Shown here: positions 10,700 to 19,659 of the stretch, piece by piece | Numbering within the stretch: the stretch's first letter is position 1 | How the letters are laid out: the number at the start of each line of letters is the position of its first letter | Origin: Bdellovibrionota bacterium | GTDB taxonomy: Bacteria > Bdellovibrionota_C > UBA2361 > CAKMMH01 | DNA: 56,861 bases | Direction: 5' to 3' | Assembly (NCBI GenBank): GCA_050952645.1 | Contig: JBMNLI010000004.1 | Coordinates: 1-56,861 of the forward strand | The notes under the pieces: generated by a model | Database searches by the model: none | Seen by the model: the letters and a program-made list of their open reading frames with translations, nothing else | What the model was told of the DNA's origin: nothing | Made by a program: the position numbers and the translations under genes

Positions 10700-11584
10700 A
10701 TGGAAGCAGGATTTTTTTTAGTAGATAAGGAAAAGGGAGTGTCTAGTGCTAGCGTGGTAGCTAGTCTTAAAAAAAAATTTAATCTAAAGAAAGTAGGGCA
10801 CACGGGAACGCTCGACCCTTTTGCTACCGGGCTTTTAGTCTGTCCTTTTAATGGTGCAACACGGCTATCTTCATTCGTGCAAGAAACGAAAAAAATTTAT
10901 TCGGGCATTATTTTGCTTGGAACTAAGACCGATAGCGATGATATTACGGGAAATATTATAGAACGAAAAGAGGTGGAAAGTTTTTCGTTAGAGGAGCTAT
11001 TAAAAGTAAGAGATCTATTTTTAGGTAAAATTACGCAAGTTCCTCCGAAGCTTAGTGCCATAAAAATAGATGGAAAGCGAGCTTATGATAAGTTTAGGCA
11101 TAACGAAGATTTTGAAATGAGAGAAAGAGAGGTATTTATAGAAAGTTTTGATATCGTAGATTTTTTAAGAGAAGAGATTTTTTTTAAAATAGTATGTTCA
11201 AAAGGAACTTATATTAGGGCGTTAGCTAGAGATTTTGGAGAAAAGCTAAATACTCCTAGCACACTTAAGGAGTTAAAAAGAGAGGCTTTAGGGGGTTTTA
11301 ATATTAGCGATGCGAAAAAGGTTAATAATTTAGAGTTTAGCGATATGCTCTCTTGGGAGCGGATTTTTAGTGCCGATTGTAGGCTTTATTTAGATGATGC
11401 TAGCATAGAAAGATTAAATGTTGGGGATAGTGTTTTTTTAAATAATTTACAAGGGAGCAAGGAATACAAAGATAAGTTTTTAAGTAGAACTATTTTATAT
11501 TATAAGGCTAATAAGGCAAATCAAACCTCTGGAGTTTTAATTAAAAAGTCTGGTAGTTGGTCGTTTCTCGTTAATGGTATATAA
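10700..11584 (+). CDS. truB: tRNA pseudouridine(55) synthase
   Basis: KVGHTGTLDPFATGLL, QVPPKLSAIKIDGKRAY, CSKGTYIRALARD. Confidence 0.97.
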   Translation: MEAGFFLVDKEKGVSSASVVASLKKKFNLKKVGHTGTLDPFATGLLVCPFNGATRLSSFVQETKKIYSGIILLGTKTDSDDITGNIIERKEVESFSLEELLKVRDLFLGKITQVPPKLSAIKIDGKRAYDKFRHNEDFEMREREVFIESFDIVDFLREEIFFKIVCSKGTYIRALARDFGEKLNTPSTLKELKREALGGFNISDAKKVNNLEFSDMLSWERIFSADCRLYLDDASIERLNVGDSVFLNNLQGSKEYKDKFLSRTILYYKANKANQTSGVLIKKSGSWSFLVNGI

Positions 11585-11952
11585 AAATTAAGTTTTTTTT
11601 AGTTTTTTACGTTTTTTATGGGGGGAGTTTACCTATATTGATATTTACAGTTTGATTTACTGTTTGATTTATTATTTGATTTACTGTTTTACTTTTACTT
11701 ACTTAAATTTATCTAATTATTCTAATTAGTTATAACTGCTCTAATTTCTAAAGTATTTTTCAAAAAATTCCGTTTAAAAGATAAGTGTGTTTTCTTAAAG
11801 TTTTTCGATATTTTTCTAATTTTTTTTAAGAAAAAATTAAAAATAAACAGAAGCATTACGCATTATATGCAAGATAACTACATAGTTAGAGCCTTGATTT
11901 TTTTCAAAGCTTTGAAGCTTAAGGCTTTATGTGCGGTTTTAAGAAGTATTTA

Positions 11953-13260
11953 ATGAAAAGAGTCTTATTTTATAACATTTATTTTTATAATATTTATAGT
12001 ATATCGATATATAATATAGCTATATTATTATTTAAATTATTATCTGCCATATTATTATTATCCATCATCACATTAAGTTTTGCACTCGATGCGCACTCTG
12101 AGGAGCAAAGCAGGGCATTTTTTACACAAGGGTCTGCTAAGAGTATTTTCCTACCTGAAGCAAAAGTCACTGAAAAACAAGATTTGCAATATTTCAAAGA
12201 AAAAAAAGAGATTAAGAAAGATAGTTCTAAAACTAGTCGAGATGAAGAGTTAATAGCAGAAACTAAGAATGAGAGTTTAGAAAATAATAGTTTAGTTAAA
12301 AATGAAGAAAAAGAGTTAACTCCATCAGGTAAGATTTTAGCAAAGTATGGTAATCCTGAAGAGGATTTAACTTATTACCCTGAAAACAATGCGCCAGCTC
12401 CATTTAAGGGCATTATGGCTGCTCTTCAGATAGGAGATGAGGATTTAGCTTTTAGGTATGCTAAGCAATATATAAATTATACTGCAAAAGAATCTGATTT
12501 AGTAGGAAAGACTATCGCATTTCAAAAGTTAGCCCTAGAGGGAACGGGTAGAGCTGAAGAGGGGCGTTTTTCTAATGATTCTGACGTAGTGCAATATAAG
12601 TATTTATTAGAAAAAGAAAAAGAGCTAAAGGAAAAGAAAGAGAGGGAAGAGAGAGAGCGAAAACTTACTAAGGCTATTAAATTATCTAAATCCGACAAGA
12701 CGTTATTTGATTCATTCGACGATTCTTATAAGGTGCAAATTCAAAGGTCTAATAAGGAAGCAAAAAGCTACTACGATACGCTAGAAGCTAAGAAGCAAGA
12801 AAAGATTGCTAAGGGCGAGCTTGTAGAGGAAAAAGAGAGCGTTGAAGAAAAGAGTGAAAAGTTAATAGAACGAGCAGCGATTAGGAACGAATATCAAGGA
12901 AGAGTCCCTGTAGACCCTGCAGGAGAAGTTAGCATATATTTCTTTTTTAAGCCTAATGAGAAAGCGTCTATAAATTTAGGGATACACGTTGAGGAGTTAT
13001 ATAAAAGTATTATTAAGGATCAAAACGTTCATTTAGTAGGAGTAAATGTTGATGGGTTATCGCTAAATGCGTTTAAGAGGATAACTAAAGCAAATTTTCC
13101 AGTTTTAAATGGGGATAGGTTAGTAAGGCTTATGGGGATAGAGACTTTTCCTAGTATATATTTTAGATGTGAAACCTCAGGTGAAGCTTTTGTATTTAAT
13201 AAGGCTGCTAGAAAGTATGAGTTAAGGGAGATTTTAAGTTTAATGCGAGGCGAAAAATGA
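11953..13260 (+). CDS. exported protein with C-terminal thioredoxin-like fold, TraF/TrbB-like
   Basis: N-terminal hydrophobic helix; C-terminal IYFFFKP...LVGVNVDG...FPVLNGDRLVRLMGIETFPSIYF matches the TraF-type pattern but lacks CxxC; first gene of operon ending in TraG_N. Confidence 0.55.
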   Translation: MKRVLFYNIYFYNIYSISIYNIAILLFKLLSAILLLSIITLSFALDAHSEEQSRAFFTQGSAKSIFLPEAKVTEKQDLQYFKEKKEIKKDSSKTSRDEELIAETKNESLENNSLVKNEEKELTPSGKILAKYGNPEEDLTYYPENNAPAPFKGIMAALQIGDEDLAFRYAKQYINYTAKESDLVGKTIAFQKLALEGTGRAEEGRFSNDSDVVQYKYLLEKEKELKEKKEREERERKLTKAIKLSKSDKTLFDSFDDSYKVQIQRSNKEAKSYYDTLEAKKQEKIAKGELVEEKESVEEKSEKLIERAAIRNEYQGRVPVDPAGEVSIYFFFKPNEKASINLGIHVEELYKSIIKDQNVHLVGVNVDGLSLNAFKRITKANFPVLNGDRLVRLMGIETFPSIYFRCETSGEAFVFNKAARKYELREILSLMRGEK

Positions 13261-15044
13261 TAAAGATGCGGATTAGTAAAAGTAATAGACTACATAATTT
13301 ATTATTTAATAAGCAAAAAGCTTCTAGGCTTAAAATATGCTTACTGTTTTGCATCTGCTTTTTAACGCTCGGCGGTAAGGCTTGGGGGGATTTAATAGTT
13401 AAAGAAAAAGAAGGAGATTCACTAGATCCATTAAAGGAATATAGGGATATAAGTAATAGCTTGTATGTAACTTCTGGTACTGGTGGTGCGGCTGGTGGAA
13501 GAGGTGGGGCACAAGCAGGACCAGTTTCAAATAGTTTAACTGGAGCAAACAGTGGAGTTATACCAGGCGAGGAATTACAAGAATCAAAAATAACCGAAGG
13601 GGAGAGTTTAAAAGTTCAGCAAGGACGGAAACTGTCAAATTTTCATACGTATATTCCTAAAAAGCAATTTGAAAGGATGGTAGACTCCAAAGAGTGGGAA
13701 AAGATTTACGATCAATCGATAAAAGATAATTATGAAGGAATGATTGGCGCTACTACTTGGGGGTTAGCTAACTCCGCCGTTGGGCAGGCAAGATTTAATG
13801 CGATATTACAAGCCCAAAGTGCTCTTTCTAATCACTATATGTCGGAGCTAGCATTTATAAAGCAAGTAGAGCAAAACCCTTATATGAGACAAAGTATAAG
13901 CGATGCATATTTTTCATGTGTAAGAAAGAAAATGAATGATAGTATGAATGATCAAGGTAAAAGATATACTTGGTTTGAAGCGCAAGAGATTTGTATGGGG
14001 GATGAAAGTTCTTTGGGAACTGTTATGACCGTTGGAGGTTTGGATAATATGACACCGAATTTATTTGATTATTCTAGTGTTATCGATAATAAAAATGGTT
14101 TAAAAGATAAGATTTGTTTGTCAGACTATTTGTTTAATCAAGAGGAGAAATCAGAGAGTGGCTCAGATATGGGAAAATTAAAAGAATCATATCAAAAATT
14201 ACTAGGCGATATAGAGTTTAAAATTAAGGAAGGTAATAGTCCATCATCGAATGAACCTATTGGAATGCGAAGTATTGAATATAAATTTTATTACCCAGGT
14301 GAAAGTAGTGAAGAATGTGGTATGAAAAGTACTCAATCTCCATCGGAATTATACTTAGAAACTTTATTGCATCGATATAATGCTTTGGTAATTGAGTTAG
14401 GAACTTTCTGTCAAAAAGTAAAAAGAGAGGCTGAAGGTATAGATGAATTTATAGAAAGGGAAGAATATGCAAGACTACAAGAATATTATAAAGTTGGAGG
14501 ATATATAGTTGACATTCAAACAATAGATAACTTATATAAACTTGCTAATGACACCGCTAAAGTTGCAGATGATGGAAAGGCAGATTGTAGTGTTTTTTCT
14601 GAGTTATTTTTAAGTGATAGTGAAGAATTGCTTTCTTTTGGAAAAGATGAAAGTTCTAGAGGGGGTGGTACTACTAATAAATCATCAAGGTTATATAAAT
14701 CAATTTTGTATAAAATAGCTAAAGGCGTGACGGATATAACGATTTTAAGGCTTTATAATGTTTTTTATACTTACTTGCAAAATACTACGACAGGAACATT
14801 CGGTGTAAATAGTGAAATTTATAGTTTAGTAGAAAAACAATATGAACAAATACTATATATGGTATTAGGAGTTCACAATACATATGCTCCACAGTTTATC
14901 TTCAATAAATTAAAGGAATTTGAAAATATTAATCTTAAAGTCAATGAGCTAATTAATGCTCAAGCTCAGAGTTTTACTGATATGAGAAGGCAAGGAGAGG
15001 ATGCTATAACACAAAATGAGGATTTTGCAGCTCCAAATAAATAA
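13257..15044 (+). CDS. exported Cys-containing protein, putative T4SS assembly protein (TraH position)
   Basis: ATGA overlap with upstream gene; signal peptide ending ..GGKAWG; several Cys; lies between TraF-like and TraG_N-like genes. Function is inferred from position only. Confidence 0.4.
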   Translation: MIKMRISKSNRLHNLLFNKQKASRLKICLLFCICFLTLGGKAWGDLIVKEKEGDSLDPLKEYRDISNSLYVTSGTGGAAGGRGGAQAGPVSNSLTGANSGVIPGEELQESKITEGESLKVQQGRKLSNFHTYIPKKQFERMVDSKEWEKIYDQSIKDNYEGMIGATTWGLANSAVGQARFNAILQAQSALSNHYMSELAFIKQVEQNPYMRQSISDAYFSCVRKKMNDSMNDQGKRYTWFEAQEICMGDESSLGTVMTVGGLDNMTPNLFDYSSVIDNKNGLKDKICLSDYLFNQEEKSESGSDMGKLKESYQKLLGDIEFKIKEGNSPSSNEPIGMRSIEYKFYYPGESSEECGMKSTQSPSELYLETLLHRYNALVIELGTFCQKVKREAEGIDEFIEREEYARLQEYYKVGGYIVDIQTIDNLYKLANDTAKVADDGKADCSVFSELFLSDSEELLSFGKDESSRGGGTTNKSSRLYKSILYKIAKGVTDITILRLYNVFYTYLQNTTTGTFGVNSEIYSLVEKQYEQILYMVLGVHNTYAPQFIFNKLKEFENINLKVNELINAQAQSFTDMRRQGEDAITQNEDFAAPNK

Positions 15045-15176
15045 TGTAATGGTTTATATGGGGGGATATAAAAATATATAAAATTGTTTAAAAGAATTGT
15101 AATAACAAGCAAGCAAATTTTTAGTAAAAGAGAGAAAAATTTTGTGTAAGAGAATGCGTAAAAAGGTATTTATGTA

Positions 15177-15785
15177 ATGGTAGAACAATTATTAGATATA
15201 TTATTAAACATTCAAGATTGCACTGATAAAACTTGTCCTGGTTCTGCATTTACGGCTATAGGAGCTGCTTTTGCTACCCAAGGTTATTATCTTCAATCGC
15301 AAATAGTTAGTGCTTTAGGTGCTGGTAAAATGGAAATGTGGGGTGTTTTTATATACATATTCTCATTTTTTGCATTTACCATAATGATAATTCTAAATGG
15401 GCTTGCCATACCTAAAAACGTAATGTGGTTTATATTAGGTCCTATTTTATTTAACTGGATGGTTTATACTGGCACCGATGTAAAAGGAGTGATGTGGAGA
15501 GTAGGTAATGATAAAAAACTTAATCAACAGAAAGTTTGGGAAATAGCCGAACCTGGATTAAGGAATTTAAGACCTATTAAAGCTGGTGAGCTCGATAAAG
15601 AGAGTGGTGTAGAAGCAACTGTTAATAAATATGACGTTATGGGTTCAATTAGAGTTCCACAGTTATTTGTTTTATGGGATGGATTAATTAGTGATACAGT
15701 AGCACAGCTTTCATCTTGGGTAGGTGTAGATAAAATGTTAGCAGGACATGGTGGAAAAAAGCAACTTAGGGAATACTACTGTTAA
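15177..15785 (+). CDS. TraG_N-like membrane protein, N-terminal part (likely continuous with next ORF)
   Basis: two TM helices, then RVPQLFVLWDGLISDTV; overlaps next ORF at A6 run 15755-15760. Confidence 0.6.
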   Translation: MVEQLLDILLNIQDCTDKTCPGSAFTAIGAAFATQGYYLQSQIVSALGAGKMEMWGVFIYIFSFFAFTIMIILNGLAIPKNVMWFILGPILFNWMVYTGTDVKGVMWRVGNDKKLNQQKVWEIAEPGLRNLRPIKAGELDKESGVEATVNKYDVMGSIRVPQLFVLWDGLISDTVAQLSSWVGVDKMLAGHGGKKQLREYYC

Positions 15786-18700
15786 TTTAAAAAATGACTC
15801 TGCTACTGGTAGCGATAATGAAGATGGTTCTGCGGCAATATTGTCTAATTTAAAATGGTCAAAGCTTCAAGCGATCGTTGGGGCTAGAATTACTACTCCT
15901 GGATTAAAAGATTCTTTTGTAGAGTTTATGGCTGGAAACTGTGGTGGTGTTATTAAACAATCTATAGATGATAGAAAGCTAATTAATGCTAGAAGAAACC
16001 CTGTAAGTTTTCTTAGTGATGCTAACTCAAATGATAAAAAAATTGGTATATTAAAAGACGCTGATAGCTTAGGGACGGATTTAAAAAAAGAGTTTACTAC
16101 AACTCAAGGTTCATTAAAAAGATTGTTAAATACTTGCTCAAAAGAAGAATCTAGTACAAGTGATGGAACCAGTTTATGTCAATTCTTAGGGAACGATATA
16201 AAACCATATACAGAAGCTAAGTTTGATGTGATAGGGTGTGATAAATCGTTTAAAATTATAATGAAAGCTCTAAAATGGGAAACTGGACAAATTTATCATA
16301 AAATGATGGCAGATTGGGATAATGGGGATTCGTCGAAGGAGAAAGAAATTCTAGTTGCTTTTTATTATGGTTGGAATTTAGATAAGAAAAACCCTACCGG
16401 AATCTCAAATAGATTATCAGATGATGAACTTAAATATTTTACTAGAGATTTGATATTGTCTTATATGTTAAGAAATGAGCTTGAGTTTGTTCCTAAAATA
16501 ACTAATGTACAATATAGCACTAAAGTTCAGGCAGAGCAGGCTTCCGATACTCATATTCAATCTTTAGGCTCTCAAAATAAATTTGGTGAGATTTACACTT
16601 GGGCTCGAATGATGCCTTATATTCAAGGTATTTTAATGTTTATTTTAGCTGGGGCTTATCCTATCGTATGTATAATTATGATAATCCCTGGGGCGCATAA
16701 GGCTATACTTACTTGGGCGGCTTTTTGGGCATGGGTAAAATTTTGGGATTTAGGGTTTGCCATAGTTACGGTTATAGAGCGTTCAGTGTGGGGGATGCTT
16801 GGGAACTCAACTCATGCAAGTGCTGTAAATAAAACTTTAGTTGAACTTATAAGTGGCTCTAATGCAACACCAAATGGAATTTCTGGTATTGAGGTTTCTT
16901 GTAATGGTGGGCAATCATTCGGTTCTTGTGCTTATCCTACAATAAGTAGTGAAGGTAGTATGTTTTTGTCTGAAATGTTTGATCAAGGCACAGCGATTGG
17001 TCTTTCGCTTAACTATGGTGTATATAATGGGTATTATATTTATATAATGGCTGCGTTATATATGGCAGTTCCTGTGATTTGTGGGCAAGTTTTTCTTAAG
17101 GGTAAATATGGCGTAGGTAGCCTAGTTTCTACGATGATGGGCGGAGCTGAAAGGGCTGGAGGTGGAGCTGCCGAAACCTCTGCTAAGTCTAGAATAGCTG
17201 CAGATATTTCTAACACTTCCGCTATCGCTGATAGACAAGTTAAAGCAGATGCCGCTAAAAATTACGCTATGCGAGCAATGGAAGCTGGCAATAAAGCCGC
17301 TAAAGAAGGGCTCTTTGCTCAACATATCGGAGCTGCAAATCAGGGGATGGAGTTAAAGAAAGGTATGGCTAATCTCCAGAGTGCCCAGTATAGAGCTTTG
17401 GCATGGCAAATGCAAATGACAGCGCAGGGATTTGCATCGCATAATTTAAGTCCTTTTCCTATGGGAGTGCGAGAGGTAATGAATGCTGCTGCTTTGGCCG
17501 GTCTATGGTCGAATGCTGCTGGTCATCTTCCAAAATCTTTGCTGAATAACAATCAGTTTCCAGAACAGTTAGGGAAATTTCTAGGGGATACAAACATTGC
17601 GGAAGGTTTAACTGAGGAAGTATTATCACCACTAGCAGGTGAATGGAAAGATTTACAAGGTTTTGTGAATGGATTTTTAGAAGGTGATAATGTAGGGGCT
17701 CAACAAGATGAAGAAGGGCAAAATGGTCAACAAAAAGAAGAAGAGAAAAATGCTCAACAATTGGGGGAAGTAATTTTTGGCGCATCGGGTAGTGGTGTTT
17801 CTATTGCAAGTAGTGGTGTAAATACGTCTAGAACAGGTGGTGAAGTTAGAATAGGTCAAGGAAATCAAAAAGTTGGCCCATTTGACTTTGACTTTTTGAA
17901 GTTTCAAAAAGGAATAGCTTGGTCGCTTCCTTTTAGTAATGCATCTTATGTTTATGATTTTAATGTTGCAAATCCATTAAGTGAAGGTGTGTTGCAAGCA
18001 AAAGCAGATAATAATTTATTTTCTTTCGATTCTGGAGCTCAGCAAAATTTACAAAAAGGCTTTGCAGATAGAATGGATACTATGGCTAAGTATGCTGGGG
18101 ATGTAGCAGGCTACGAAATGAAGCAAGATTTAGCTATGTCTAATCAACACTTAGCAGGTGTTTACGGCGTTAACTTAATGCCTCAACAAAAACCTTACGA
18201 TATTAAGGGTATGATGGGTAGTGGGGAGATAGTAAGTAGTGATGGAACTAGTGCAAAAGGTATGTTTGATTTCTTTGGAACTGATAGTACGGTAGGAAGC
18301 GAGTATGGTAATTTAACTAGTGGATATATAGATAAATTACAAGACAATTATGCTAGAAGCCAAATAGGAATAGGAAGTTTCAATAATTTACCGTATAGTA
18401 AAGTCGCTGATCATTCTACTGTCCAATATTATCTCTATCCCAGTGTAGGTGGTGCACTTTCTTATGGCGATGAAAATAACGTGGCAAATGTTAAAGGAAC
18501 CACTGCTGCTTCAACGTATGGAAGAGGATTAGGTCTTCTTGATGAGTTTAGGCGAGGGGTTGTTGAAGGTGTAAATGAGTCACAAAATCAATCTAATTCT
18601 AGTGAACAAAGTCAAAGTACAGCTCCAGCAATTAATAGTTCTCAAGTTTTTAGTGGACAAAATCAAAGCGAGGTTCCAGCAGCTAATAATAATTCTCAAG

Positions 18701-18861
18701 TTTCTAACGGACAAAGTCGAAGCGTGGTTCTAGCAGCTAATGATAGTTCTCAAGTTTCTAGCAAACAAAGTCAAAACGAGGTTCCAGCAACTAATAATTC
18801 CCCAGTAGCTACCAGAACTAATTCTTCAGCTACTACAACAAAGAGCGACAAAGAATATTAA
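15748..18861 (+). CDS. TraG_N (F-type TraG / VirB6-like) mating-pair stabilisation protein, main part
   Basis: WARMMPYIQGILMFILAGAYPIVCIIMIIP...TWAAFWAWVKFWD and YMAVPVI match the TraG_N TM block; followed by Ala/Gly-rich C-terminal region. Confidence 0.72.
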   Translation: MVEKSNLGNTTVNLKNDSATGSDNEDGSAAILSNLKWSKLQAIVGARITTPGLKDSFVEFMAGNCGGVIKQSIDDRKLINARRNPVSFLSDANSNDKKIGILKDADSLGTDLKKEFTTTQGSLKRLLNTCSKEESSTSDGTSLCQFLGNDIKPYTEAKFDVIGCDKSFKIIMKALKWETGQIYHKMMADWDNGDSSKEKEILVAFYYGWNLDKKNPTGISNRLSDDELKYFTRDLILSYMLRNELEFVPKITNVQYSTKVQAEQASDTHIQSLGSQNKFGEIYTWARMMPYIQGILMFILAGAYPIVCIIMIIPGAHKAILTWAAFWAWVKFWDLGFAIVTVIERSVWGMLGNSTHASAVNKTLVELISGSNATPNGISGIEVSCNGGQSFGSCAYPTISSEGSMFLSEMFDQGTAIGLSLNYGVYNGYYIYIMAALYMAVPVICGQVFLKGKYGVGSLVSTMMGGAERAGGGAAETSAKSRIAADISNTSAIADRQVKADAAKNYAMRAMEAGNKAAKEGLFAQHIGAANQGMELKKGMANLQSAQYRALAWQMQMTAQGFASHNLSPFPMGVREVMNAAALAGLWSNAAGHLPKSLLNNNQFPEQLGKFLGDTNIAEGLTEEVLSPLAGEWKDLQGFVNGFLEGDNVGAQQDEEGQNGQQKEEEKNAQQLGEVIFGASGSGVSIASSGVNTSRTGGEVRIGQGNQKVGPFDFDFLKFQKGIAWSLPFSNASYVYDFNVANPLSEGVLQAKADNNLFSFDSGAQQNLQKGFADRMDTMAKYAGDVAGYEMKQDLAMSNQHLAGVYGVNLMPQQKPYDIKGMMGSGEIVSSDGTSAKGMFDFFGTDSTVGSEYGNLTSGYIDKLQDNYARSQIGIGSFNNLPYSKVADHSTVQYYLYPSVGGALSYGDENNVANVKGTTAASTYGRGLGLLDEFRRGVVEGVNESQNQSNSSEQSQSTAPAINSSQVFSGQNQSEVPAANNNSQVSNGQSRSVVLAANDSSQVSSKQSQNEVPATNNSPVATRTNSSATTTKSDKEY
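18590..18800 (+). repeat. 51-54 bp degenerate tandem repeat encoding S/Q/N-rich tail
   Basis: repeated PAANxxSQVSxxQSQxEV units. Confidence 0.8.
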
Positions 18862-19020
18862 TACGAACACGGGGTCTGATTATGGCTTTAGTGCAACTAG
18901 TTTTGTTAGACAGCAGAAATAATTGGATATGGGAGTATCAACAAAACTTTCTAAAATTAAAAATTTTAAATTTGTAAAGTTCGTAAATTTATAGTATTTA
19001 TTAGAATCTAATTTATTTAC

Positions 19021-19239
19021 GTTCTTTGCGTTTTAAGGTGGGTTTTAGACCTTAAGAATTAGTATCACTCACCCACGAAGCCTAAAAGAAAATTGACTTT
19101 AAGGAAATTTGCATAAAATAAATTACTTTAAATATAGTTTTAATTTTTCTTTAAACTATAGCTAGTTTTCTATAAAAGCCGAATTTTCTTTTAAGCTAAC
19201 AAAAAAACTATTTTTCTAATCAATCAAAACGTAAAGAAC
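19021..19239. mobile_element. repeat family 2 element with inverted ends
   Basis: left GTTCTTTGCGTTTT, right AAAACGTAAAGAAC. Confidence 0.5.
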
Positions 19240-19280
19240 CACAAAATTATTTTTAATCCTTTAGGCTTTTTTTCTTTTAT

Positions 19281-19487
19281 CTTAAACTTTACGTATAAAA
19301 TTTAATTTTAACTTTATAACCTACTCAAAATAATTTTAAAAAAACTAAGAAACATTCACGTAAATTATTAAAATAGTGGGCGTAGATACGTATTCTTTAA
19401 GAAACGACAAATACCAGTCTTAGGCTAAGTTTGGAGCTCTTAAAAAACATAGTATACGTAAAACAAGTGAAAGTTTAGGTTTTATTT
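19281..19487. mobile_element. MITE-like family 1, most complete copy (about 200 bp)
   Basis: left end matches 36393-36470, right end matches 29102-29204; right end is the reverse complement of the left end seen at 36393-36424. Confidence 0.65.
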
Positions 19488-19659
19488 TTATTCTTTCACT
19501 TTTTTTCTTATTCTTTCTCTTTTCTCTTTTTTCTTTCTTTATTTTTTCTTTTATTTTCTTTCTCTTTTCCCTTACTCTTTCTTTTGCTTTTTTTTCTTTT
19601 ACTCTTTCTTCTACTTTTAATTTAAGTTTTTTATTTTAAAGTGCTGTTTTTAAAATCCT

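Noticed and set aside
15753..15769. Programmed -1 frameshift at A_AAA_AAG
   Set aside because: The -1 frame stops after two codons; the long ORF is in the +1 frame
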